A stretch of DNA of 64,000 bases from positions 7,850,835-7,914,834 of the forward strand of contig NC_057752.1 of assembly GCF_004010195.1 (NCBI RefSeq), given 5' to 3'. Each line of letters starts with the position of its first letter. Positions within the stretch are counted from its first letter, which is position 1. Both the position numbers and the translations under genes were made by a program. The stretch is from Chiloscyllium plagiosum. Taxonomy: Eukaryota. Below, in pieces: positions 38,062 through 50,965 of the stretch. The notes below the pieces were generated by a model. It was given only the letters and a program-made list of their open reading frames with translations, did not search any database and was not told the origin of the DNA.

Positions 38062-38340
38062 AAGCGAGACATGTTGCTGAATCTTTTTACCTTGCACTCA
38101 TCAGGACAAATGCAAGAATGCCAAATTTCAAACAATTGCATCAATTTAAATTCTGATCAACCAAGGCATTGGCACAGAGAAAGCAATGGGAACTATAGGT
38201 GCCCCTATGGTTCAATGTACAAACTAATCAGCACGCTTTCTTCCCAAAGTATAAATTGTTGCAATAATTCGATATTTGACATTCTAGTGTTTTGTTCTGA
38301 TCAGTGCAAGACAAAAAGGTTCAGCAATGTGTCTCTTTCT
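38062..38340. mobile_element. Old inverted-repeat element with degenerate hammerhead-like arms (family E); related piece at about 7335-7530
   Basis: Arms about 38062-38132 and 38268-38338; left arm minus strand GTC-CTGATGA-GTGCAAG..., right arm TTCTGATCAGTGCAAGACAAAAAGGTTC. Confidence 0.55.
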
Positions 38341-39157
38341 TTTCACCAGGTTTCAAGAAATATTACTGCAAATGTTTGTCCTTGTTTAAATATCACAGTG
38401 CTCCCAAGGTTTCTCAATCTTGAATTGCATCAATTAAATAAAATGTTCCCAATAAACAACAGGCAGAAATATGATGACTGCCACACAATTAAAGAAAGCT
38501 CTTGGCAGTTTTCACACTGTATATTGCCTCATTTAACTTTATTTGCAGTACAAAAGCAAGCTTTTTATTCACAATAACTAGTCTTTTGTGCCACCACCAA
38601 ACCACCATGAATTCAAATTAGGCAAAAAAACGTTTGTTCTCCATTTCTGCATTGCTTGGTGTGACTGCAAGCTATAAGAGGACATCATTTTGCATCAGTG
38701 CTAATCTTTGTTATGGAAATGTGGACTTGCTACAAACCTTGAAAACCTTTTCTCTCAACAAAGATTGAATTTTAATACTTCTGACAATTGCAGTTAACAA
38801 TTTACTAATAAGTAAATGACCTAATAAAGCTGTTCCACTACACTTCGTAGATCAAAAATATTCAGGTCCCAAGTTCATCCTTTAATGCTTGGTTAGGCAT
38901 TTGTAGAACCTTAAAACTTGCATAACAAATAGAAACTCCACTGAACTATTTTGAGCTGCAAATGGTTGGTTTGTCTGTTAACTTCTCCTAACGATTCTGG
39001 TCAACCCTGTTCATGTCAACCATCGTTTTAAGATTTGGTGGGTAGTTTAACGGCCAGATTGCAGCTAAGATTCTCCATTTATCTGGACTAGGGCCTGGCA
39101 CTGATACACACACACTGGCCTGCCTACATCAGTGCTTGGGTTCTTTTGTAGCCACTT

Positions 39158-39374
39158 GGAGATAGTGAGAACTGCAGATGCTGGAGAGTCAAAGTGGATA
39201 AAGAATGGAGCTGGAAAATGTATGGCAGGTCACACAGCCTCAGAGGAGAAGGGGAGTTGACATTTCAGGTTGTAGCCTTTCATCAGGACTTCATTTGTCC
39301 TGAAATGTCAACTCCCCTTCTCCTCTGATGCTGGCTGACCTGCTGTGCTTTTTCCAGCTCCACTCTTTATCCAC
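39158..39374. mobile_element. Older family B-related fold-back element
   Basis: Inverted arms; flanking repeat TTCTTTTGTA(G/T)CCA at 39141-39154 and 39375-39388. Confidence 0.75.
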
Positions 39375-40046
39375 TTCTTTTGTATCCAACAAGCCATAGA
39401 GTGGGACTTGGGGGGGGATTGGTTACAAAAAGGGCCTTCCAGCTCAGAAACAGAAGAATTGCCCACTTTAGCTTTTATTTTGAACTTTAAACACTTTCTG
39501 TAGATGAACCATTCCAATCTTGTGTATTCTGCTTTTGATTTTAATCTTTGCATTACAAAGGAAACTACACTGTAGCCTGACTCTCCACTGTAGGATAGTT
39601 TTAGAAGTTCTTAACTGAAACATTCAGATTTTCCATTCATATTGTAATACCTTATTGTAAATGTCTCTGCTAAATCTGATAATTTATCTGCAAAGTTTAT
39701 CTTTCATCTTTAGCCATCTTATGATTGCCTTTGTTATTACACTGGTCTGTTCAGGACTTTTGTATGCTGTGTACATTTTGTATATTAACTACTATGCAAA
39801 TAAAGCTTTATTGTATATTTATTTATTTGCTCCTTTGTACTTTTTTTGAAATAGGATTTATTTGTGAAGTCTAGTTTACATTGTTGAACCTGTACCAATC
39901 GATAGTCACTATAAAGAGATATCAGGCTTCTGGTATATGTTTTGTCTATTTTTTCTGAGAAAAGCAATGCATAGAAATTATAACTATTATTTACTGAGGA
40001 GCCAAGATTTGATCCCTGAATCAGCAGTAAAATATATCCATGCATA

Positions 40047-40238
40047 CAGGTAGTTCTGCTATTACGCGGTAGTTCTGTTCCTGTGCAAACCCGTGCTATA
40101 CGAAAATTGAGCAATACAAATACACTTGAAGTGTCAGTGATATAATTGCATTATAGCCAATGTGCACTTTAAAAGTTCACATTTTAGAAACACAGCCAAT
40201 TTGTGTTAACAGAAGACACATTATAGCAGAACTACCTA
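40047..40238. mobile_element. Tc1/mariner (Tigger-like) MITE; related copy at 49160-49377
   Basis: TIR CAGGTAGTTCTGCTAT / ATAGCAGAACTACCT, flanked by TA on both sides. Confidence 0.75.
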
Positions 40239-41655
40239 TATTTTTTCTTCCATTCCCACTTTGATCGGTGAAGAGGTTGTTAATGGTAAATGGTAAGTAC
40301 TGAAACAGTGATGTAAACTTCATTTAATTTACCAATCAAAATAAGACCCCTCAAGTAAGCAAGTTAAGCCTCACAATCCAACTTGACTATTACCTAAGAG
40401 GGTTCAATCCTTGTACAGTGTTGTTCTTCAAAGTTCTGCTAAAGGGAGAGTTCTGGTGTTCGATTTTTAGACCAAAGGAAGAGAATTTGTATATGTGATA
40501 TTATTGATGATTTCTTAAATTCCTTTCATCCAAATTACAGCAAGTCCGCAGCTTGCCTTCTTCTCAGAAGTAACGTCTTTGCTCCTTGTTACATTTGGCC
40601 TTAATTGTCTGTTTGAAGACACAACTTTCCTGAGATTAACTCCTTACATTCTTCTGCAGGCCAATCTTTGTCCTTTGTGGCAATAAAGCATCCAATTTAA
40701 TCAGGTGTCTAAGCAGTTTTATTTATGTAATCTCAACTCCCTCCTTCCATGGCATGGCTCACTTGCTTTCAATTCCTGTGTAAGTTTGTTCTTGCTTTTA
40801 ATATTTTATTCCAGACCGAAAGAACTGATTCTTTCAGTGTGTAACAGTTTACCCTTGTCCATTCAATCAATCCGTGAACAGTTATTAAAGTTTTGCGTCT
40901 ATAATATCACAGAGGGAATCTGGTTTGGCGGTGGAGTTTGAACATTACTTGAACCATAAGGAAGACTACAAAATAGTGCTTCGTAAGTATCAACTAGAAT
41001 TCTGGTCTTTCACATTTTGTAAAATTTCAATAAGACACGTAGGAAAGTCTCATTGGCAGTTAAACAAACGCTGTAAGATCTTTTGCATCGACCCAGTAGA
41101 ACTAATGGGGCCTCTGGTGTACTTTCTGGTGGACAGTGTGTTCAGAAGTGCAGAACTCCCTCAGTGCTATGTTTGGAGTTCAGATTCAGTTTAGATTTTT
41201 TCACTTGGATCTTTTAACTGAGGTATGAACTCCTGGCCCTCTGACTCCAGTGAGATGCGAACACGCTCAGCAGCAAGGAAAGTGTCAAAGAGAACTCCGA
41301 CCATATGGTGGTCTGCTGCATCAAGCCAAAATAATTCAACACAAAATGACAATCAAACTTCCATTCTGTGGTATTCAATTTTAAAAAAAGTTTTGATTTA
41401 ATCTATTTTCTAATCAACCTGTTCAGAAATGTTATTATACACCTCTGGAGCAGGTGGGACTTTGAACCTGGGCCTCCCAGTCCAGGGATAGGGACACTAC
41501 ACTGTGCCACAAGAGGGCCCTTCAGTGGTGTTCAGTTGCTCCGTATTTAATTATGAGAACCTAGTATCTGTTGAGTGATTAATTGAGACTGGATATGGTA
41601 ACTGAGAAAAAGAACATAAGTTGCAGGCAAGCACTAATGAGCATTAGAGCAGACA

Positions 41656-42447
41656 GAGTCATAGAGATGTACAGCACAGAAACAGACTCTTCGGTCCAAC
41701 TCATCCATGTCAACCAGATATCCTAAATTAATCTACTCCATTTGCCAAAATTTGGCCCATATCCCTCTAAACCTTCCTATTCATATACCCATCCAGATGC
41801 CTTTTAAATGTTGCAATTGTACCAGCCTCCACCACTTCCTCTGGTAGCTCATTCCATACATGCACCACCCTCTGTGTGAAAAAATTGACCCTTAGATCCC
41901 TTTTATATCTTTCCCCTCTCACCCTAAACCAATGCCCTCTAGGTTTGGACTCCCCCACTGTGGGAAAAAGACTTTGGCTATCTATCCTATCCATCCCCTC
42001 TTGACTTTATAAACCTCCATAAGGTCACCCCTCAACCTTTTACACTCCAGGGAAGATAACCCCAACCTATTCAGCTTCTCCCTATAGCTCAAATCCTCCA
42101 ACCCTGGCAACATCCTTGTAAATCTTCTCTGCACTCTTTGAAGTTTAGTTACATCTTTCCTACAGCAGGGAGACTAGAACTGAACGCAGTATTCCAAAAG
42201 TGGCTGAACCAGTGGCCACAATCTAACATCCCAACTCCTCTACTCCATGCACTAACAAATAAAGGCATGTGTACCAAATGCCTTCTTCATTATCCTGTCA
42301 ACCTGTTACTCCACCTTCAAGAACAATGAACCTGTACCCCAAGGTCTCTTTATTCAGCAACACTTCCCAGGACCTTACTATTAGGTGTATAAGTTCTGTC
42401 CTGATTTACCTTACCAAAATGCAACACCTTATTTATCTAAATTCCAT
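41656..42447 (-). mobile_element. CR1 (HER1-like) 3' fragment
   Basis: RYKRDLRVNFFTQRVVHVWNELPEEVVEAG. Confidence 0.92.
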
Positions 42448-42607
42448 TTAAAAGTATCAAATGAAACTTGCACACAGAGATAATTTGGAGTGTCTCCTCT
42501 CTGGAGATCTCTGAAGCATAAAACTTATTCAAACTGAGCTGTCAGGGAGCTCTGATTTAACAGAACCCCTCATCACTGCACTGGTGGATGGGATCTATGT
42601 AAAACTA

Positions 42608-43107
42608 NNNNNNNNNNNNNNNNNNNNNNNNNNNNNNNNNNNNNNNNNNNNNNNNNNNNNNNNNNNNNNNNNNNNNNNNNNNNNNNNNNNNNNNNNNNNN
42701 NNNNNNNNNNNNNNNNNNNNNNNNNNNNNNNNNNNNNNNNNNNNNNNNNNNNNNNNNNNNNNNNNNNNNNNNNNNNNNNNNNNNNNNNNNNNNNNNNNNN
42801 NNNNNNNNNNNNNNNNNNNNNNNNNNNNNNNNNNNNNNNNNNNNNNNNNNNNNNNNNNNNNNNNNNNNNNNNNNNNNNNNNNNNNNNNNNNNNNNNNNNN
42901 NNNNNNNNNNNNNNNNNNNNNNNNNNNNNNNNNNNNNNNNNNNNNNNNNNNNNNNNNNNNNNNNNNNNNNNNNNNNNNNNNNNNNNNNNNNNNNNNNNNN
43001 NNNNNNNNNNNNNNNNNNNNNNNNNNNNNNNNNNNNNNNNNNNNNNNNNNNNNNNNNNNNNNNNNNNNNNNNNNNNNNNNNNNNNNNNNNNNNNNNNNNN
43101 NNNNNNN
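42608..43107. other. Assembly gap of exactly 500 N (other gaps: 27228-27552 and 63534-63788)
   Basis: Direct count; a round number suggests a scaffolding placeholder. Confidence 0.95.
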
Positions 43108-44530
43108 GATTTCTCCTTCATAAACCCAAGTTGACTCTGTCCAGTCAGACAGTTCTTTTTCTAAATATTCAAAAATCTTTATAATAGGTTCTAGTATTTT
43201 CCCTGATGACATCAGGCTCACAAGGTCTATTGTCCCTGTTTTGTCTCTCTGACTTATTTTAAACAGTGGGGTTACATTTGAAATCTTATCTGCAGGCACT
43301 GTTCTAGAATGAGTAGAACTTTAGATGATCATCAATGCATCTACTATCTCTCTAGTCATCTCTTTCAACAGTGTAGGATGAAGGTCATTAGGTCATGAGG
43401 ATTTGTCAACTTTTAGTCCTATTAATTTTTCTAATGCTATATTTGTCCTAATACTAATTTCTTTCAATTCCATGCTCTTGCTAGAACCTTGGACCTTAAT
43501 TATTTAGGGAAACATCATGTGTCTTCCTCTATGAAGACAAACACAAAGCACTTACTTAGCTTCTCTGCCATTTCTCTTTCCTATTCTAAATTCTCCTGTC
43601 TCTGCCTATGATGGAACTATATTTATCTTTGCTAACTTTTTTTTCCTTTTTACGTACCTATGGAAGCTTTTTCAATGTTTTTGCTATTTTACAGTTGTAT
43701 TCTATTCTATTTCTCATCATTTTCTTGATCCTCCTTTACTGAATTCTAAAATTCTATCAATACTCAGGCTCACAACATTTTTGGCAACTTTATAAATTTT
43801 CTCCTTTGATATAATGTTTATATTTATGTTTAATTTCCCATGTTAGCCATGGCTGCCTCACATTGCTTGTTGAATATTTTTGCCTTAAAACATCTTGTAT
43901 GCTTTTTGAAAGTCAAGCATTAATTCATTTAATAGGCCATTGCCTAACTAGAATATATTTTTCCAATCCACCACTGTCAAATTCATCCTCTTACCTTCAT
44001 AACTGCCCTTGTTTAGATTTAAAACTCCAGTTTCAAACTGAACTGCATCTTTTTCAAATTTAATGCAAAATTCTGTCATACTGTGGTCACTATTGCCTAA
44101 AAGTTCTTTTACAACAAGATTACTGATAATCCCTTTCCCGTTGCATTATAGTGGATCTAAAATAGCCTGTGCCCTAGTTCACTCCTCAACATATTGCTCA
44201 GAAAATAATCTCAAACGCATTGCAGGAATTCTTCCTCTACAGCATCAATACTCACCAGTTTTACTCAATCTATATTTAGATTGGAGTCACGTATAATAAC
44301 TGTCCTCCCCTTGCTGCATTCACCTGTAATTTTGTAAGTATAACCATACCCTACATTACCACTATAGCTGGTGGTCTATAAACCATTCATTCCAATATTT
44401 GCTGTCCCTTGTGTTTCTTAGCTCCACTCAAATAGATTCTACATCCTGTTCTTTCAAATGGAGATCCTCAGTCACTGGTATACTGACCCATCCCTTATTA
44501 GCGCTCTACACCATCTCCTTTTCATTTTTG
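43108..44530 (-). mobile_element. Old CR1 ORF2 fragment (endonuclease to RT start)
   Basis: NVTPLFK...VSLMS.GKILEPII and VYRPP remnants. Confidence 0.7.
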
Positions 44531-44599
44531 CCAATGGAGTGAGTGTTGCCAATGCCAAGATGGCTGGCAAAGATGAGTCGCACCTGCACGCGTGCAGAT

Positions 44600-45700
44600 G
44601 GTGCTAGTGATGTCTCACTACCATGACCGTGCCTTTTTCACCAGGATGCATTTGCACTTGTGTGAATGGAAGTCCCTCCACCTTCCTGAATGTGGGGAGC
44701 ATTGGCTTGGAGCTGAAGGGGTCCACAATCAAGGCTGACCCCCATTTCACCCCATTGTCTGCCCATTGCTCTGCCCATTGTCTGGATCAAATTTTATTTA
44801 ATCATGTACAAGAGATATAGAGCGTTTAATTTGGAACCAATCAACTTATCCCTACATACCAGGAGAAAGCCTCAATTACAAGAGGTCTGTTGGCCCTCAG
44901 CTGTAAGTTCACCCAGTCTGTGGTTTGGTATATATTTGCCCAAGATTTATGAACTTTCTCCTCCCATTTCTTTCTTTTTTCTGGATTCCTGACCTCCTGC
45001 TTTGCCTGACTTAATTTGGTTACATTTTTTCCCAGAGTAAATTCTTTGCTTCTGTTGTACAGGGGGGCCTCCAATAGTACTTGGCAATTGTGGGTGAGAG
45101 TACATCCATGCCCCTTTCTACCCAAAGCAGTTTGGAGTGGGGGCACAGAGAGAAGGCACGGGTAAGGGACAAAGATTTGAGGAGAAGGCCATACCCTCAA
45201 ACAGCGCAAATTCTGTGCATTGTTGCAGAATAAAAGTATTGGGAGTTCTCCATTGGGAACCACTAATAATATATAGATTGGCACTGATGTAGTGGGACGT
45301 TAACAGAGTGATACCCCCTTCCTCTATGTTGGCACTGTATTTATTGTGGGGAGCATTTGTGCCTATATGGGTGCCATCTAAGTCCCTCAGATGGCAAATT
45401 CCTGTGTGCTCTCCAGTCAATTCCTTTACTGGAAATTGCAGCATCTTTTGTGTGTGAACAAATTGCAGCTGGTTAATCTTGATGATGCCTTTTAGGTTGT
45501 CCTGGAAGGATTAATTTAGCAGCCATTTTGGTAGCAACAGGAAGAATACCCCAGTTTGTATGATCTGCAATCTAATGTATAGACCTTGCCTGAAAATCAG
45601 GCAGCAGTGGAGCGGAGGTGTGGCTCATTGGACATGTCTAGGTAGCAGTGGCAGATGCATAAGTGCTCTTGAGGTACCTTTGGATCTGCAGATTCTGTCT
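44600..45700 (-). mobile_element. Decayed PIF/Harbinger transposase remnant
   Basis: LDGTHIGTNAP (cf. IDGTHI.I.AP) and LGRKGHG (cf. LGDKGY) HARBI1-type DDE motifs in correct order; frameshifted; boundaries approximate. Confidence 0.6.
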
Positions 45701-46606
45701 CTGCCTTAACTGGTCCTCCCTATCCAGAACATGTAGCCGTCTGGCAGTAGATACTGCATCTAAACCTGCCAACCCCCCCTGGGTGTCATTTGCATCTACA
45801 TTTACTGCTTGAAATGCTACACCACGCAGAAAAAGGGATGGTTATGTAAAAATACAGCATTAGGGGAAAACAAGCTTCAAAATGTTCAAAGAACCTCCTT
45901 CAAAGTCTCCCAGAAACAAAAGTGGATTTGAAAATCTAGCCAAAGCAACAAGCTTTATGTGGACTTTCTGGGGCAGGCTTATATTAGGATTAAGTACCTC
46001 ATTGGCTGGGCAGTGCTTTGGGATGCCCTAAAAGCAAATCTTTCTTTCTTTCTTTCCATAGAATTTCTTACATGTTTGACTGTATTTTTGCATTGATGTA
46101 ATGTATCTCACAAGTAAAGTGAAAAAAATAAAATGTGTTTTTATAACTTGGTTTGGACAGTTTTTAAATTATCAAAATTAGAGGAAAAACTACAATGAAT
46201 GTATTTTTCCATTTTCCTTAGTCCACCCACTCTCAACACCATCACTGCATGATAAGGCAGTTAGTGTCATACTCCTGGCTTCTGCCCTACACTGCTCTAC
46301 AATTGGCCTGTGGCAACTGTGGAAACCCCTCAGAGCTTACCTTCAACAGCCCGGTTGAAGAAAATCTGCTCGCACTTATGAATTTTTGAAACGGCTACTC
46401 TGTGTTCAGGATTTTGAATCTAGAGATCTCTGATCAAACACAGCATTCAACTCCCTAACTGATGAATCCTCGATCACAACTGAATGGATTATCCAAACAA
46501 TCCCAAACAAATGACACAGTTTTGTCCCCATGTTTTTGAAACCAGAATACTGTACACTTCCAGATTCTCTAAAATGGGGTTTCCTCTGTTGTCTTTTCCT
46601 CTGTAG

Positions 46607-46679
46607 TTACATTGGTGACTGTGAAATCAATGTTGAAGTGAAGAAGTATTTCTGCAAAGCTGGAGTGAATGGTATCCAG
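46607..46679 (+). CDS. ESYT1: Extended synaptotagmin-1 exon, SMP domain (YIGDCEINVEVKKYFCKAGVNGIQ)
   Basis: tcctctgtag acceptor, CAG|gtaggt donor, 73 nt; matches ESYT1 YVGDVQIDVEVKKYFCKAGVKGMQ. Confidence 0.95.
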
Positions 46680-48559
46680 GTAGGTCATTTGATGGGAAAT
46701 AGTAAAGCTCAGTACACCTTGCAAACCTGTACACATTTCATAGTACATTTATTGACACTTGAAAAGAAATTCTATTCTATTTAAAATGTCACCTTCAATG
46801 GCTCAGTGGGCACATACATCATCAGGCACAGTTCTAAGCCACACAGATTTGGATGGCTTGATCCCTGGCCTGTGCTCAAATCACTTGTAGAAGCTAGTGT
46901 AACAGTGAAGGCATGACTCCTGCCCTCAGTATCTCCACGCTAGAGAAAGGGCAAACTGGTCAAGATTCCCAGTCAAGGGACTGTAAATGGAAACTACGTG
47001 GGTGGAAGTATGAGGTTCCATCAGATTTGTTGGCAATGGCTTTAGCTCATCAAGCCTCATATGATAACACCTTGTAAATCTGCAACCTCTGTCACCTAGA
47101 AGGGCAAGGGCAGTAAAAGCATGGGAACATCAATATCTACTACTTGCCCTCCAAGCCACATAATGTCATTGGTATTTCTTCACAATTGCTGGATCAAAAT
47201 CCTGGAACTCCCAAACAGCTCTCTGGGTTTACCTACACCACAAAGTAGTTCAAGAAGGCTCACCACAAGTTCTCCAGGTCAGTGAGTGATGGGCAATAAT
47301 TGCCAGTGATGCCCACATCCTGTGAATGAACAAAAAGGATATCTATTTAACAATTCAATACATTTCTCCAATTATATTGAAGAGAGAATCATCAGAGCTG
47401 TTAAGACCCTGCATTGTTATTAGCTTTCAAATAAAGGAATAAACAGCATGAGGTTGAACTGGAAGGAGTCATGTAAGACTGTAAGTTGCGTAAACAAATA
47501 TCAATATTGTAAGGTATAGAAGCCATTATTGAAGTGGATCAGCGGACACTGAACAAAGCAGGCCATTATTATATATTGACTTCTATAGTACTTTTAGCTG
47601 AACAGCTTTTTCTGGCGATTTCTCCTGGATTAAACTTTTCCATAACATCAGTGCTTGCCAGCACAGATTTGTCATAATCCCAAGGAGGTTGTAGTATAAT
47701 CATGTGCTATGCAATACTCTGACAATGCATTTCCTTGTTGCAGTAATAAGTGACAATCCTGACCACTTAGTCATTCCAGCCAAAAATAAATAATGTGGGT
47801 GTGAGGAAATTATGAAATAAGGATAACTGGTTTTGAGAAATAAAATGAAAAGCTGTATTTCCTCATTAAGAATATTGAATACTTTAATTCACCTGTGGAA
47901 CATAGGTGTCACTAACTAGCTGGCATTTATTGCCCATCCCTGATTGCCCCTTTAGGAAGTGGTGGTGTGCTACCTTCTTGAACTACTGCAGTACATGTGC
48001 TGTGGGTTGATCCACAATGCTGTTAGAGAATGAATTCCAGGATTTTTACCCAGTGACAGCAAAGGAACAGCGATATATTTCCATGTCAGGACGGTGGGTG
48101 GCTTGAAGGGGAACTTGCAGCTGGTGGAGTTCCCATGTATCTGCTGCGCTTGTCCTTCTAGATGGAAGTGGTCGTGGATTTGGAAGACTGTCTCAGGATC
48201 TGTGGTGAATTTCTGCAGTGCATCTTGTAGATGGTACACACTGCTGCAACTGAGTGTTGGTGGTGGAGGGTGTGGATGCTTGTGAAATACTGTTCATGTA
48301 CCAGCAGCCAATCCACAGTCAGCAACATACAGCCAGCTTGCAAGATATGCCTATTAGCCAAGCACCAGCTGCTATTCACTCACCCAGCACCAGCTGGATT
48401 TCAGTAGTCAGTGGAGCTGACAGTCTGCTGCCTGGAGAAAAATGTTTTTGGTTCAAATGGCACAGTATTCTGTGGATTGCAAATAAGGTATCATGAACAA
48501 GGCCAATATCATCTAATGATGTCATCAGCAGCCAAACTGCAGACAGTCATCAAAAACCA

Positions 48560-48725
48560 ATCTGACAGTTTGGAAAGGAAAATAGAATTAACCTTTCAGG
48601 TTAATGAACTTTCATCATACATTAACTATGTTTCTCTACCTGCACATACCTACTGACCTGTTGAGTATTTCCAGCACTTTATATTTTTATTTCAGCCCTC
48701 CAGTATCTGCAGTATTTTGCTCTTT
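48560..48725. mobile_element. Old Penelope-derived pLTR fragment (family C-like)
   Basis: ctgacctgttgagtatttccagcactt...ccagtatctgcagt tail shared with the 51331 and 56835 elements; short inverted start. Confidence 0.6.
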
Positions 48726-49472
48726 AACCAGCAGCTAATCTACAAATAGCCGCCAGCAGTTAATCCGCCGCAGCTGATCCGCAACCAACCACATGCAGCC
48801 AATCAGCAATCAGTCCCTATCAGGCAATCATTAGCCAACCAGCAGCTGCTATTCACTCACTCAGCATTAGCTGGGTTTCAGAAATCAGTAGAGCTGGCAG
48901 TCTGCTGCCTGGGGCAAAACTATCTGGGTTCAGATGGCTCAGGTTACAAAAGCATTGATGGACTGAAAGACTTTTGACTGGAAATGACAGCAAGTGGGTA
49001 ACAGTACTGTGAATGGAAGGGGGAGAACTGGAACAGTTAACTTTGATAGCAAATTTCTAACTAAATACTGAAATGTGGTTGACACAACAGATCCATGTGA
49101 GGCAAGCTTAAGGAGAAAGCTACAGGTCTATAAGTAATCTTGTTATGAATTAACTAATGCAGGTTGTTCTGCTCTAATGTGTTTTATTAATATGAATTTG
49201 CTGTAACATGATTTAAAAATTGGGGACACTGGTTCTAAAGCGCAAACTTTTAAAATATGTATTGGTTATAACATAATTCTGGCCTTGTTAGGTTAAATGG
49301 TGCTGCTAATTTGATATTCTGACAACATGGGGTTGCATGAAAACAGAGCTATTGTGTTATAGCAAAACCCACTACTGTATGTAACACATTTCTCTTGAGG
49401 TGTTGCAGCATTTATTATTCAAGTGTCTATTCCTTCATTCACTGACTTTTTTTTTCACCATCTCTCCTACAG

Positions 49473-49562
49473 CTTCATGGGATGCTTCGTGTGATCCTTG
49501 AACCATTGATTGGACAGATGCCATTAGTCGGAGCAGTGACTTTGTTCTTTGTCCGCCGCCCA
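49473..49562 (+). CDS. ESYT1: ESYT1 exon, SMP domain (LHGMLRVILEPLIGQMPLVGAVTLFFVRRP)
   Basis: ctcctacag acceptor, CCA|gtaagt donor, 90 nt. Confidence 0.96.
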
Positions 49563-49584
49563 GTAAGTGTGTGTATGTAATATT

Positions 49585-49905
49585 ATTGGTAGACTATTGA
49601 TCTGGAATCTCAGCTAATCTTCTTGGAATTTGGGTTTGCGTCCCACCATGGCAGATGGAGGAATTTGCATTTAGTAAAAATCTGAAATTGAGAGTCTAAT
49701 GATGACGTGAATCCATTATTGATCATCAGAAAAACCCATCTCATTTGCTAATGTCCCTTAGGGAAGGAAACTGCCAATGTCACTTGGTCTGGCCTGCATG
49801 TGACAGCCCTACAGCATTGTGATTGACTCTTAACTCAATTAGGGATTGGCAATAAATGCTGGCTGAGCCAGTGATGCCCATGTCCCATGAGTGAATATAT
49901 ATTAA
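49585..49905 (+). mobile_element. tRNA-derived SINE whose 3' tail matches the second LINE family
   Basis: B-box-like GGGTTTGCGTCCCACCA; tail caattagggattggcaataaatgctggc...gatgccca.gtcccatga equals LINE ends at 59490-59547 and 47290-47330. Confidence 0.7.
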
Positions 49906-50909
49906 AAACAAAGAGATTAATACAGGAGAACTTAACTAAGGATTTAAGTCAATAATCTTGATTTGGGATTATTGTAGCTTTTTGCTAAATGATTTTGGCT
50001 GTATTCTAGACATGATTCAGAATGAGTTAAGTCTTATGCAATGTGTCTAACACATTTAGCTTATTATTTGCTGCTAAATCACTCCCATTATTAGGAGTTG
50101 TGGTGCAAGGTAGTGAAAGGAAGGGATGCTATGAGTATTCAGGTTGACTCTGAGTCAGTGAGTGCTATGACAGGCTGGTGATATAGCCTGGTGTGTCCCT
50201 GAGCACACAGTGTCCTTAATGCAGCATTACTGTGAGAGTTACCAGTACAGCCTGAGGTGGGGCATTGATGAGCAGAAGTGTCCTGTAAGTGAACCGGAGA
50301 TGTGCCATGAGGGTTCTCACAGGCTGGCACATTGGATGCCAATGTCTGTGGATGTGGGGTGTCTGTAGCTGGTGACCATGGAGCGTGTCCTGAGATGTTG
50401 GTACCTCATGGTACAAGGAGGTTGTCCTGAGATGTTGGTACAAGGAGGTTGTTTGGAGCAAGCAGTGAGCTGAATTCACCAGGTACACACTCTGATTTCT
50501 ATGGTGAGAATTCTTGGCATCTAGTTTGTTTAGTGAGTTTGGGAAGGCAGGAAGCTGAATATTAATGAGGTGAATTGTAACATTGATAAAGCATTTAACA
50601 AACTATAATCCTCCTTAAGTAGCAACTCTCTGCTGCCCAGCAGGAAACTCCCCCTGCTCCTTGGCAATTTCATAAAAGATGCTACAAGTTGCTCCTAAAA
50701 TCGAAATAGGCCTCGCCAGACTTCTCTCTAGATTCTACCACAAATTCGGCCATAGCCGACTTTGCTCAGATCCCTATAAGGTTCCACCCTGTGTTTGAGT
50801 CTTCAATCTGATACGGAAAGGGTCTGTGTTGATTTGACGAATCTGATGCACATGAAATTGAGGTGGTTTTAAATTCTGGAAGTGATTTAGACTTTTTGTG
50901 TCCTTTCAG

Positions 50910-50965
50910 GTACTTGACATAAACTGGACAGGACTTACCAACCTGTTGGATATTCCAGGACTGAG
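50910..50965 (+). CDS. ESYT1: ESYT1 exon, SMP domain (VLDINWTGLTNLLDIPGLS)
   Basis: tcctttcag acceptor, AG|gtattg donor, 56 nt, phase 0-2. Confidence 0.96.

Noticed and set aside
38071-38577. 168-aa ORF downstream of TROAP
   Set aside because: Overlaps an inverted-repeat element and AT-rich UTR-like sequence; no domain or splice support.
40540-40700. Minus-strand peptide IATKDKDWPAEECKELISGKL, faintly gag-like or a convergent gene end
   Set aside because: Short, interrupted by stops, and lacking supporting exon or element structure.
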